A stretch of DNA of 34,270 nt from a virus (IMGVR_UViG_3300027804_000136:1-34270), one strand, 5' to 3'; numbered from the stretch's first letter, positions 17,730 through 26,966 are shown. Numbers and translations are program-made. The notes: generated from the sequence alone by a model not told the origin.

Positions 17730-20246
17730 TTATTTTTTATTGTTAGATGATTTTATTTTTAATTTTTCTATTTCCATTTTTTTATTCATTAAATCTCTAT
17801 CTAGACTAGCTTTTTTATTAGCTAATTCTATTTGATTTTGATTTTGAATCTTAATGGCTTGAATCTTCTTATCTTCAATATCACTTTTCAGCTTTATTTC
17901 TTTTTCTTTTATGCTAAGTTCTTTGTCATGTTTTTGTTTATCATGAATTAACTTACTTTGCTCCATAAATGCTTTAGATGATATATCTCTTTCTTTTAAA
18001 GCTAAATTAGCAACTTCTGAAGCATCAGGTATTAAGTTCTCATTAACATCACTAGGACCAGTCATACTTCTCATTGCATTAATCTCAGCAACTTGAATTC
18101 TAGTTTGATTAGAAGTATCAGTTTTATATTGTTCAAGGTCTCTATCAGCTTGTTTCTCTTGAAGTTGCATTTGTTGCATTTTTTCTTGAGAGTCAAGTTG
18201 TTGTTTTTGAGAGTCAGCCATACGTTTGTATTTAGCCTCTTCACCTTGTTGTATTGCTCTTATCATATCTTTAGGACTGTCATTAACTAAACTATTAATG
18301 ATAGTACTTAAATCAGCTTTATCAGCTTGTAATGCAGATTGAGCTAATTGCTTTAATGCTTGTAATACACTTTGATCTTTTGATGAATCAGTAACATAAA
18401 CATTAAACTCAGAATTGTCTAATTGAGATTCTTCAATGTTTAATAATTCAATACCCATGTCATCTAAAACAAATTGTACCTTCTTACCTTTTCTAAAGGC
18501 TATTTTAGCACACTCTATTAATCCCACATAAACTTTACGCTTACATTCATCATGAGAGTCAAACAAGTACTCTGTGCCTAATGAAGACTGTTCTACTGAA
18601 CGTTCAACATTACCTACAAGTTCTCTATTTTGTATAGCGCCTAATCTTTGAGGAGATACACCACTAATAAAAGCAGCTTGACTTTTAATATAATCTAAAG
18701 TTTGAATGTATTGTTGAATGGTGTTAGATAAACTTAAGTCAATTGATTGGAATTGATTAAAGTGTGATATCTTACCAGTTTGACTTCCTTTACTAGCTTC
18801 TTCATGAGAGTTAATAAAAGCTATCTTCATTGCTTTAAGATAATACATCCATCTTTCAATATCCATTCCTTCAGACCTAGGTATTTGTGCTAAGTCCATT
18901 AAAAATATCCTACCTTGATCACTAGCAAAAGCTAATTCTAATCTATAAGATATAATGTTGTAAAGATATTGATATGGTTTTAATCTATCTAAAAGAGAAA
19001 CAGAAACACTGTTTGTTGCATTGTAAATAGTACCAGTATAACCTAACTTGCAGTAATATGGATTATCCATTCTTCTACGTTGGTTCTCTTTAGGCTGAAC
19101 ATTTACATATATTCTATCTCCAATCTTTATTCCTTCCCAAGCTTCGTTAATCCAAAACTCTTCTACTTTTGCATTTACATAAACTTGTTTAAATATACTA
19201 ATCTTAAAAGATTCATCTACTATTTGTTCAACAGGTAAATCATTTTCATCAGTATATTCTAAATGGTATAATTTCTTAAAAGATTTCCACTCTATTCTAA
19301 CTACACGTATTAACTCTGAATTAAATGCTCCAGCAGTTGTGTTAATTGTTGAGAAATTAGATAAACCAGTATCAACAACACCATTAGTTCTATCTAAACT
19401 AAATGTTGGGTTATTGTTTACTAAGTTATAACTAGATGTAAATCTTTTAGATATTTCTTCAATCTCACCAACTTGATCAGCAGTTAAATCTGAACCAAAC
19501 TCATCAATAATAGATGCTGGTGCTAACATCCTAACCTCAATAACAGCTAATGCGTCATCAATGTATTCTGTATCACCATCTAATATTACTGTAGTGTTTA
19601 ATGGGTTACAACGTCTAAACAAAACCTCATCATTTGCTACACCAGTCCAATAAATTTCTTCACCTGCTATTAAAGCATCTTTCCATCCACGCTTAAATGT
19701 TTCTTTAGTGTTTAATGATTTCTTTAAATATTTTAATATCTTATTTGCTTGAGATTCAATTAAATCAGATATATTGTGTTTCTCATATTTAATTATTTGC
19801 TCAGGAGTTGGAGGAGGATTGTTTGGATCAATGGTACTAGGATCTATTTCCCCCATTAACCTTTGTTGTAACATCTCTACAATCTTCTTCTTTAATGATT
19901 CTTGCTTTCTATTAATATCTAATGGAGTTTCAGAAACAACAATAAAATTATCTGATCTCTTTGTCTCTTCACCAATTAATAAATTTAAAGAAGGAGAAAT
20001 AATATCATAGTGTTGTAATGTAGCAGGGAAGTCATTGTCTTTTAATCCAAGTGGATTTGAAACATATTCTAAGTCAGCTTTATTAAACCTTCCGTTGAAT
20101 AAGTCATAGTTAATCTTCTTATTATAATTAGTGGTTCTATTAGATGCAACAGAACTATAAGACATTCTCTCATAGTAGTTTATTGTATCCTGTTTCCAAC
20201 TTTCATCCTTTTTACTAAAAGGTAATTTTTGTACTGGTAAAGCCAC
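17730..20246 (-). CDS. Portal protein (crAss-like)
   Basis: 838 aa directly after terL; EAWEG.KIG, LKPYQYLYNI, SGVSPQRLGAI..RELVGNVER motifs. Confidence 0.85.
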   Translation of the reverse strand: MALPVQKLPFSKKDESWKQDTINYYERMSYSSVASNRTTNYNKKINYDLFNGRFNKADLEYVSNPLGLKDNDFPATLQHYDIISPSLNLLIGEETKRSDNFIVVSETPLDINRKQESLKKKIVEMLQQRLMGEIDPSTIDPNNPPPTPEQIIKYEKHNISDLIESQANKILKYLKKSLNTKETFKRGWKDALIAGEEIYWTGVANDEVLFRRCNPLNTTVILDGDTEYIDDALAVIEVRMLAPASIIDEFGSDLTADQVGEIEEISKRFTSSYNLVNNNPTFSLDRTNGVVDTGLSNFSTINTTAGAFNSELIRVVRIEWKSFKKLYHLEYTDENDLPVEQIVDESFKISIFKQVYVNAKVEEFWINEAWEGIKIGDRIYVNVQPKENQRRRMDNPYYCKLGYTGTIYNATNSVSVSLLDRLKPYQYLYNIISYRLELAFASDQGRIFLMDLAQIPRSEGMDIERWMYYLKAMKIAFINSHEEASKGSQTGKISHFNQFQSIDLSLSNTIQQYIQTLDYIKSQAAFISGVSPQRLGAIQNRELVGNVERSVEQSSLGTEYLFDSHDECKRKVYVGLIECAKIAFRKGKKVQFVLDDMGIELLNIEESQLDNSEFNVYVTDSSKDQSVLQALKQLAQSALQADKADLSTIINSLVNDSPKDMIRAIQQGEEAKYKRMADSQKQQLDSQEKMQQMQLQEKQADRDLEQYKTDTSNQTRIQVAEINAMRSMTGPSDVNENLIPDASEVANLALKERDISSKAFMEQSKLIHDKQKHDKELSIKEKEIKLKSDIEDKKIQAIKIQNQNQIELANKKASLDRDLMNKKMEIEKLKIKSSNNKK

Positions 20247-20262
20247 TTTATTTTATATTAAG

Positions 20263-22278
20263 TTAGTATTGTGTTCTGTTATGTATGTTTTTCTGAAATA
20301 GCTTCTTTGAAAAAAAGGAGTCCATCTCAAGTAATGTTTTAGGCATTGAATCTCGTAAGTGTAATTTATGCATTTCTTTAGATTGCAATATACACAACAT
20401 AAAAGCAATAACCCTGTCCGTATTATTTTGTCTATCATAAGAAATTAATTCTTTTAACAAAGGTACGGATTTTATTGTATGTAAGTTTAATATTTTTGTT
20501 CCATCTACATCTTCACGCTCTTCATATAACCATTGCTTTAAATAAATTTCACATTGGTCTTTTATTTGCTGTGACATGTGAATGCCATATCCTCTTGTTA
20601 CCTTAGAATTGCTTACAATGTCTTTAATAATCTGAGGTTGTTCACATAAGTAATGTAAACTGTTCTTCATTTCAAAATAACCTTTAAGGCCTTTTAATTG
20701 ATTTTCATATAAGCACTTAGCATTATAGTAGATACACATTCTTCTGCATATCTCATAAAAATCATCAGCTCTTTCTGGTCTTCCAGTAAATTCTGCAACA
20801 ATCTGATCATAAGTTTGAGCATTACTCATAAACCTTTTATACACAAAAAATGATCCCAAGGATTCACTTGTTTCTGCTTTATCTTGATCATATGGGTCAC
20901 AACCTGCAATGTATAATCCATAAGGTGGATTAGGAACAGGGTCTTCCCAAAGAACAATACAGCCAGTTTTTAACCTATCTTTTGGTAAAGGATAATCTAT
21001 CACATCTACCAAGTCTGGATTTAACCTTGCTTTAATCTCATTGTTAATATCAAAATATAACTCTACCTTTTTCTTATTCTCTTTAATAGATGAAGTTGTT
21101 TCAATCTTACCTAACCATTCATGCATTTCAAAACTAGCAAATATGGTACCAGAGTTTCTTAAAAAAGATTCACTTGGAGTTAATGGATACTGAGTAATAG
21201 CATCTTGTAATGCTTTAGGATCATGTCCAGTTTTCTTTGCTTCTCTTAAGTTTAAGATAGAATCTAAAGCTAATGCCTCATCTGAGTTACCATCTTCATC
21301 TACCATTGGTGTGTTTTTAAAAGAACCTAACCTACCTTTTGTTGCTGGTATAAACCAACCACATAAAGCTTGTTCTTTTCCTTCCTCCCAAACATTACTA
21401 AACTCTAATAGATTGTATTGTTTAGGGTTATTAAACATATAAGCAAAGTCTGCAGTACCACCTTCCATATCTCCACCTGTACCAAATATAATTGGTATTC
21501 CAATCATATTCTCTCCATCTTTCCAACAAGGTTCTGTCATTCCATAAGCTTCCTTTAAGTTTATTAAAGTACCAGCTTCTTCAAATACAAAAACACTTGT
21601 AGTTAATCCTACAGATGCAAATGGGTTGTCTTTAAAAGTTAATTTTGTAACCTCAGACATATATCCTTTCCAAACCTTAACACCATCTACATGGGATTCA
21701 AATCTAGCCTTTACATGATCTTTAGTATCTGGACTTCTTTGCTTTCTCCATTCAGTATTAGCATTTAAGAAGTTTAAATTATCAAGAACCATATTCATAG
21801 TGGTAGTTGATAACCTATCTAAATAAGCTCCTATAACACATTTAGAATCCCTGTAAAAATTATACTCATGTGCAACTAGTGCGGCATTCTTATAACTAAA
21901 TCCAGTTCTTCTAGGTTTAGAAAATATCAATCCTTTTTTCTTAATCCTACAAACATCTATTAAATGAAAGTAGTCATAATCAATATCTAGGAATCTAGGA
22001 AACATCATTTTCTTTCTTCCAGTTTCAACGTCTTCAGCTTTAATCTGAATGTAGTTTAAATAGAAATAATGAATACCTGTTACTCTAATGCCTACTGAAT
22101 TTGTAAATCCATGTCTGCATCTAAAGTCTTCCTCTTCCCAAAACTCTTTATACTGACTAGTACCTTTAGGTAAATCTGTATACATCTTGTGCTTATTAAA
22201 GTAGATTGCTCTTTCTCTAAATTCACTAGTAAGTTCAAACTTATCTACTTGAGGTACATGCTGTGTATTAGATCCCAT
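20263..22278 (-). CDS. terL: Terminase large subunit
   Basis: Walker A-like KPRRTGFS, Walker B VFVFEEAG, GTGG, nuclease GCDPY and DRV motifs. Confidence 0.9.
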   Translation of the reverse strand: MGSNTQHVPQVDKFELTSEFRERAIYFNKHKMYTDLPKGTSQYKEFWEEEDFRCRHGFTNSVGIRVTGIHYFYLNYIQIKAEDVETGRKKMMFPRFLDIDYDYFHLIDVCRIKKKGLIFSKPRRTGFSYKNAALVAHEYNFYRDSKCVIGAYLDRLSTTTMNMVLDNLNFLNANTEWRKQRSPDTKDHVKARFESHVDGVKVWKGYMSEVTKLTFKDNPFASVGLTTSVFVFEEAGTLINLKEAYGMTEPCWKDGENMIGIPIIFGTGGDMEGGTADFAYMFNNPKQYNLLEFSNVWEEGKEQALCGWFIPATKGRLGSFKNTPMVDEDGNSDEALALDSILNLREAKKTGHDPKALQDAITQYPLTPSESFLRNSGTIFASFEMHEWLGKIETTSSIKENKKKVELYFDINNEIKARLNPDLVDVIDYPLPKDRLKTGCIVLWEDPVPNPPYGLYIAGCDPYDQDKAETSESLGSFFVYKRFMSNAQTYDQIVAEFTGRPERADDFYEICRRMCIYYNAKCLYENQLKGLKGYFEMKNSLHYLCEQPQIIKDIVSNSKVTRGYGIHMSQQIKDQCEIYLKQWLYEEREDVDGTKILNLHTIKSVPLLKELISYDRQNNTDRVIAFMLCILQSKEMHKLHLRDSMPKTLLEMDSFFSKKLFQKNIHNRTQY

Positions 22279-22280
22279 TC

Positions 22281-22595
22281 TTATTGTTCAAATAAACTTG
22301 TTTCAGCAGTTCCTTTTCTAACTGTAGTCTCTTTCTCATCACGCTTAACTTTTTCTTCTAAGACGTCAAGAGAACTAATGCTATCTCCTAAAACTTTACC
22401 TGCATCTAAGATAGACTTGGCTGTTTTAATCTTTAACTCCATCTCTTCTATTTGAGTAAAATCTATGGAATCAAAAAATATTTTTATTTGATATAAAACT
22501 CTTCTATAAGACTCTAAGAGACTCATAGAAATTGTTTTATTTGGATTTGACAATACTTCTGTTACTTTTACTTCCTCTGTTTGTTTCTTAGCCAT
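22281..22595 (-). CDS. Helical protein upstream of terL (possible terminase small subunit)
   Basis: Position and helical/coiled pattern; C-terminal RKG...LFE. Confidence 0.4.
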   Translation of the reverse strand: MAKKQTEEVKVTEVLSNPNKTISMSLLESYRRVLYQIKIFFDSIDFTQIEEMELKIKTAKSILDAGKVLGDSISSLDVLEEKVKRDEKETTVRKGTAETSLFEQ

Positions 22596-22840
22596 TATAT
22601 TATTAATTTAGTTGTATCACCAGCTAAATGTTCTGGGACTAGTATGTTTACTCTCTGAGTCTTGTTATACCATTCTGAAAAGAATTGCATAGCTTCCTCA
22701 AGTCCTTCAATCCTAGATCTTAACTCTTTATTTACACGTTCTAACTCTAACAGAGCTGAACCTATTTTAAAGTTACCATCTATTGTAAATTTTTCTATAA
22801 TGTTTTTTTCTTCTAAGCTTTTATCTAACTTTACTTTCAT
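22595..22840 (-). CDS. Hypothetical coiled-coil protein
   Basis: Overlapping start/stop with both neighbours. Confidence 0.6.
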   Translation of the reverse strand: MKVKLDKSLEEKNIIEKFTIDGNFKIGSALLELERVNKELRSRIEGLEEAMQFFSEWYNKTQRVNILVPEHLAGDTTKLII

Positions 22841-23130
22841 TTCCCTTTTTTTATACTTTGTTTACTTTTAAACTTATCAGCAAATCCTAATACAGGTATT
22901 GATTTATTTAATATAACGTCTTTTAAGTCTTCATAAGATTTATTAACCTTATAGCAAATGTTATTTTCATATATTAAAGAATATTTCTTAACATGCTTGT
23001 TTGTCTTTTCATTAACAAACTCCTCTACCTGTATATTATCTAAATCAAAAAGCTTCTTAATAGTATTGCTGTTTTTAGTCTTGCCATTTAAAACAACGTT
23101 ACTGATTATCTCTAATTCATATAACCTCAT
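22837..23130 (-). CDS. Hypothetical protein
   Basis: Translationally coupled ORF. Confidence 0.6.
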   Translation of the reverse strand: MRLYELEIISNVVLNGKTKNSNTIKKLFDLDNIQVEEFVNEKTNKHVKKYSLIYENNICYKVNKSYEDLKDVILNKSIPVLGFADKFKSKQSIKKGK

Positions 23131-23131
23131 C

Positions 23132-23419
23132 TTACCACTTACCTAAAGGACATAAAGAATCAGGTGATTTTGTTTTAGCCACTAATGGACAACCACAACC
23201 AGGATAAATTTGTCCTTCAATCCTCAGTTCACCATTATACTTAAATGTTTTAACTGCTGATTCAGAAACTAATTTAGAACAGGTTTTATCAACCATAACA
23301 AAACAACCATTACATATGTTTATCCTATGATTAGCTAAATCTTTAACTTCATCATTATCAGTTATGTGATTCTTCCACCCCTGGAATATCTCTTTTGTTT
23401 TTTTTATGAACTCTCCCAT
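23132..23419 (-). CDS. Zn-binding Cys-rich protein
   Basis: R..IC..C ... GCGCPL.AKT.S....CP.GKW motif. Confidence 0.7.
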   Translation of the reverse strand: MGEFIKKTKEIFQGWKNHITDNDEVKDLANHRINICNGCFVMVDKTCSKLVSESAVKTFKYNGELRIEGQIYPGCGCPLVAKTKSPDSLCPLGKW

Positions 23420-23612
23420 CTTTTAGTGCTATTAAAAATGTTGTTGGTTTAAACTTTCCTAATCCTTTAAAGTACACTTGCCTTAAATCCTTATTCTGAA
23501 TTGAAGTCTGTAATACTTTAAACTGAGAATCAATTATCTTCTCTAGCTCAAACTTAGTTACCCCATGCTTGAGTTTCATCTCTGATAATATATCCTCAAT
23601 TAGCTGATTCAT
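23358..23612 (-). CDS. IHF/HU-like DNA-binding protein
   Basis: Helix-helix then V...GLGKF signature; typical of crAss-like capsid modules. Confidence 0.65.
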   Translation of the reverse strand: MNQLIEDILSEMKLKHGVTKFELEKIIDSQFKVLQTSIQNKDLRQVYFKGLGKFKPTTFLIALKDGRVHKKNKRDIPGVEESHN

Positions 23613-23772
23613 TAAATCTAATTGTCTTAAGTTCTATATTATCCTTTGTATAAGTAATCTTAAATTTAAAATTCTTATGTCTTGTCTGGTAATACTTTAA
23701 ACCATTAAACAGTTTGTTTAGAAACTCTTCAAAGTTTTTTATATTACTTATCTTATAATTAGTTACTGTCAT
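23596..23772 (-). CDS. 58-aa hypothetical protein (not in ORF track)
   Basis: Manual translation MTVTNYKISNIKNFEEFLNKLFNG...NESAN*; fills the gap and overlaps both neighbours. Confidence 0.55.
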   Translation of the reverse strand: MTVTNYKISNIKNFEEFLNKLFNGLKYYQTRHKNFKFKITYTKDNIELKTIRFNESAN

Positions 23773-24097
23773 TTAGCTTGAATTCAAAACTAACCTTACG
23801 GTCTTTAATTATATTTAAAATAATTGGATTTATGTAGTACACCCTATTTAACTCTGGGTGGTCTAATAACATTCCTTTGTTTCTTAACCGCTTAATGTAG
23901 TTATTAGTCATGAACTTATCTTTATTAAGCACCTTCCTAATATGTTCCCTAGAATCTATATTAACCTCTAGCATATTGTTATTTAACATTGTGCAAAGGA
24001 TATCTAGTTCTAATGATGATAGGTTTAAATTAAAATTCAAAACCATCAATATTGCCTTATAATAATCTTTTTTACTAACTGGTATGTTGTATTCCAT
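23759..24097 (-). CDS. Winged-helix DNA-binding protein (RepL/MarR-like)
   Basis: LS..ELDIL...NNYIKRLRNKGML...YYINP pattern. Confidence 0.6.
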   Translation of the reverse strand: MEYNIPVSKKDYYKAILMVLNFNLNLSSLELDILCTMLNNNMLEVNIDSREHIRKVLNKDKFMTNNYIKRLRNKGMLLDHPELNRVYYINPIILNIIKDRKVSFEFKLNDSN

Positions 24098-24118
24098 AAT
24101 GCTTATATATTCACATTA

Positions 24119-24150
24119 CAAATATAACAATAATTATTATATTACACAAA
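24119..24150 (-). promoter_or_regulatory. Bacteroidota-type promoter (TTTG -33; TATATTTG -7)
   Basis: Both elements present about 20 nt apart, upstream of the 24097 start. Confidence 0.6.
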
Positions 24151-24175
24151 CTTATTATATAATAGGGATTATTAT

Positions 24176-24457
24176 CTATTTACTACCATCCTGTAAATGC
24201 ATGTCTGTACTATTGTCTATTTTCCTATAGCCCTCAGACCATAATGTTTTAGTTAGCACAACACTTAACCTTACAATCTCTTCCTCTGATAAGTTGGGAA
24301 GCAATATATGAAGTGACTCATGAGCCAGTATCTCCAAATGCTTCTTCCCCTTTAACCTAGTGTCAAGTTCTATTAAGTTGTTACCACAATGGGCAACACC
24401 CCAGATATTCTCCCTGCCTAGTTTAGAGTATTTAACCTTTATCTTGGAATTCTTCAT
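24176..24457 (-). CDS. Small HExxH metallopeptidase-like protein
   Basis: WG.A....IELD ... LAHESLH zincin motif. Confidence 0.6.
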   Translation of the reverse strand: MKNSKIKVKYSKLGRENIWGVAHCGNNLIELDTRLKGKKHLEILAHESLHILLPNLSEEEIVRLSVVLTKTLWSEGYRKIDNSTDMHLQDGSK

Positions 24458-24850
24458 TTTAGAGTGTATTTATTATAGCTAACACATTAACTTAAAGGAC
24501 ATGACTTTCCCCTTCTAAGATTGACTTAATATTACTACTAAGCGTTTTTAACCTTTGTAATTATAATAGATTAGTTTTTAGCCCTAGTTATTTCTAACTA
24601 TCTGGTTGCTTTATCCTGTTAATGCAGGGGGATACTTCTTACCCATTGAACCAGTTATCTATCTTTCTCACTTTAAAGGTCCTTTGCTGGGATATTGGGG
24701 ACAACTTCAGTTTTATTTAAACCTATTAACCCAACTTCTAACCTCCTATTTACATTTCTGCCTTCAGAGGTGGTGTAGATAAAACTACTCCCATAATATA
24801 AATATAACTGTTTATTTCCATATATGCAAATAAATGTTACTTTATTTTGT

Positions 24851-25105
24851 TTAATTGTTTGAAAAATCATCTATACCCATAATTAGCTGATAGTATAACG
24901 TCCACTTCTCATAACTAATCATCTCCTGGTTCAACTGCTCCATTTTCTCTGGATCTGCATGGTCATTATATCTCTTACGTTTTACCCCCTCCTTTAAATA
25001 TACAACCCTCTTACCATCCAAATTCATGTAACCCCTAACCTCATCTTCATTAAAATGTTTACTCTTTTCAAAAAAACTTCTGTGTTCATATTCATCATTA
25101 CTCAT
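24851..25105 (-). CDS. Hypothetical protein, first gene of the leftward arm
   Basis: 84-aa ORF directly behind a consensus promoter. Confidence 0.6.
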   Translation of the reverse strand: MSNDEYEHRSFFEKSKHFNEDEVRGYMNLDGKRVVYLKEGVKRKRYNDHADPEKMEQLNQEMISYEKWTLYYQLIMGIDDFSNN

Positions 25106-25109
25106 GATG

Positions 25110-25139
25110 CAAATCTACACATTATTTTAATACAAACAA
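25110..25139 (-). promoter_or_regulatory. Bacteroidota/Flavobacterium-type promoter TTG-N19-TAGATTTG
   Basis: Exact consensus and spacing; a second TATATTTG lies at 25177-25184 (-). Confidence 0.65.
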
Positions 25140-25323
25140 TAAACTAACTAATATATCCCCCTTATTAGTCTATAGCCAAATATAATTTTTTGTAAATTTT
25201 TTTGTAGATTTTTTTAGACCCCCCCCCTTCTAAAAATTTTTTATGTGGATGTTAAGACGAGGGTCCCCCACATCACCACCCTGACTAATCTTTGCAGGAA
25301 ACCAAAGCTGCAAAACCTTAATT

Positions 25324-25554
25324 ATGTTAGTAAAAATTAATCACATTAGCGAGAGTAAGACTCACGCTATACTTGCAGCTGAAATAGAGTTTGGCAAGAT
25401 TACGCAAACAGTATCTGGCTGGGCCAAAGTGGACTGCATTAAGCATGGGCTTGAGCTTAAGTCTACGTTTGATGTACCTGCTGATACAGTTACTGTAGAC
25501 AAGCGTGTGGACCGTAACACAGGTGAGACCTGGGAATGGTTAGTGTTTGCGTAG
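25324..25554 (+). CDS. Hypothetical protein, first gene of the rightward arm
   Basis: Clean ORF, visibly higher GC than neighbours, followed by a GGGG-TAAAA-CCCC hairpin. Confidence 0.7.
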   Translation: MLVKINHISESKTHAILAAEIEFGKITQTVSGWAKVDCIKHGLELKSTFDVPADTVTVDKRVDRNTGETWEWLVFA

Positions 25555-25610
25555 TGTTAGGGGGTAAAACCCCAACCTAGCATCTGCCTATTCAGTGCAT
25601 TCAGCGTGAA

Positions 25611-25691
25611 TTTGCATAAAGTTGTAATATAGAATAAATGTAAGCTCAATAAAATGTTAAGTAAACAACAGCTATTACAATTTAATGCAAT
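25611..25691 (+). ncRNA. Degenerate twister-derived stem (P2/P5 shell, no core)
   Basis: TGCA..AAAGTTGTAATA-[43 nt]-TATTACAATTT.ATGCA. Confidence 0.45.
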
Positions 25692-26111
25692 TTAAACCAG
25701 GTAAACGTGAGCTTCTTGTTAAGCTGCCTGGAATATGAGTTATAACCATTTGGGCGTCGTAATTGACTTAAATATAGCAGAAGTATTGTAGACCGTTTGC
25801 ACTTAATGATGCTAAATGCTTGGTAGTATTGGGTTTGAGAAGATACACTCCTCTCACCCAAACATTACCCTATTATATTCAAATGGTCCAATTTGGGTAT
25901 TCTTAATATATTATGGCCAATAGTAAGCATAAACAAGTAAGAGACAATAAGTTATACAAACAATAGTGACAACTGTATAACCTCTGTTGAGTATTGGGTT
26001 TAAATCCAAAAACTTGTTAATTAATAGTTGATACTAATAGATATAAGCCTGTCTATTTATCCTGGTTAGAGCTAATGTAGGTAAAACAACTACAATAAAG
26101 GATTAGTATTA

Positions 26112-26250
26112 ATTCCAATGCACAAAGTTGTAATACTAATAATTTCTGCTTCAAGAGCAGTTTTGTATTAGCAATAATACTTGTTGACAGGAGCTTTGTA
26201 GGCATACAAGGAAACAAAAACAACAGTATTACAACTGAGTGCAAAGGAAT
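26112..26250 (+). ncRNA. Twister-derived shell (P1/P2/P5 retained, P4/L4 absent) with an 87-nt insert
   Basis: ATTCC-AA-TGCAC..AGTTGTAATACT / AGTATTACAACT-GA-GTGCA-AA-GGAAT; 17 nt identical to the 3' side of the 26525 twister. Confidence 0.55.
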
Positions 26251-26524
26251 ATTTATGTTGAATAGTTCAACTATATATTTGCTAAATATACAAGTAAATA
26301 CGAATTAACCAATGCTAGGTATACCTAGATTCTCCTTTAGCAAGAGATATTGTTAGTATATTAACAAAGAATTGCAGTGGCTTGACAACCATAATATGTA
26401 AAGTTGCGGTCTTATGAAAACACAACAACATCTATTAGCAGGATGAACCATTAGTGGTGCAAAGCTTGGGGAGTCCTAATCCTCATTAATGGGCATACTA
26501 GAAATAGTATTGCCCTAAATACAT

Positions 26525-26671
26525 TGGGTTAATGCACCATTTCTACTTCCCAAGGGTAGACAGTTGTAATATAGTTCAGCATTGCTGAGAACACCATGAT
26601 TAGTATTAAATTACGTCCGTGGAGGTCATAGGTTCAAGTCCTATTATTACAACTGAGTGCAGAGGGATAAT
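26525..26671 (+). ncRNA. Twister ribozyme (P1-type) with a tRNA-like cloverleaf forming P5
   Basis: UAA-UGCA-CC...UCUAC-UUCCCAAGG-GUAGA-P5-AG-UGCA-GA-GGG; pseudoknots CC/GG and CCC/GGG; P1 is weak. Confidence 0.8.
26565..26652 (+). tRNA. tRNA-like element with an oversized (19-nt) anticodon loop; isotype undetermined
   Basis: Acceptor TGTAATA/TATTACA, D stem GTTC/GAAC, CCATG/CGTGG stem, AGGTC variable loop, ATAGG-TTCAAGT-CCTAT T arm. Confidence 0.65.
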
Positions 26672-26888
26672 TACCTACAGATTATATAAGTGTAGGCACT
26701 AGCATAAGGTGATAACAATGTCCAATGAAAAAAGATGGAAGACCTCAAACACATTTAATGTGGAGCTAATAGAACTGCTTGTTGATGACCGTGACTAGTC
26801 GGGCTCATTGGGAAAATTTAAATTTACAATAAATAAATTTGTATGGGACATCCATATACTAGTCTATCTAGTCACTGGCTATACAAAC

Positions 26889-26962
26889 AGTCATATAGCT
26901 TAATGGTAAAGCTCTAACTCGGGTTAGGATGATGCGTGGTTCAAATCCTGCTATGACTGCAA
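26889..26962 (+). tRNA. tRNA-like element with a shortened anticodon loop (pseudo-tRNA)
   Basis: AGTCATA/TATGACT acceptor, TAGCTTAATGGTAAAGC D arm, CTAAC-TCGG-GTTAG arm, GG-TTCAAAT-CC T loop with a bulged stem. Confidence 0.65.
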
Positions 26963-26966
26963 ATTA

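Noticed and set aside
20263-22278. Intein or intron in the terminase
   Set aside because: Continuous 671-aa ORF with no splice-junction or endonuclease motifs seen
601-23146. Plus-strand and alternate-frame ORFs in the track (601, 3012, 3659, 5414, 7482, 10790, 13751, 16679, 18093, 19774, 20253, 22189, 22662, 22958)
   Set aside because: Shadow ORFs lying within or opposite well-supported minus-strand genes
24615-24665. Possible third twister at TAATGCAGG
   Set aside because: No L4 (YCCCAAG-like) loop and no closing TGCA-GA-NNN found
24673-24870. 65-aa ORF
   Set aside because: Possible but unsupported: no motif, and it runs into an apparently non-coding stretch
25611-26671. CRISPR array suggested by the recurring GTTGTAATA/TATTACAAC
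   Set aside because: The repeats are inverted pairs with irregular spacing, better explained as RNA stems; no cas genes in the window
26781-26816. Hammerhead ribozyme (TTGATGA...GAAA)
   Set aside because: The core is not CTGANGA and the stems are not arranged correctly around GAAA
26889-26962. Functional tRNA-Pro(CGG)
   Set aside because: The anticodon loop is shorter than 7 nt and the T stem is bulged; kept only as tRNA-like
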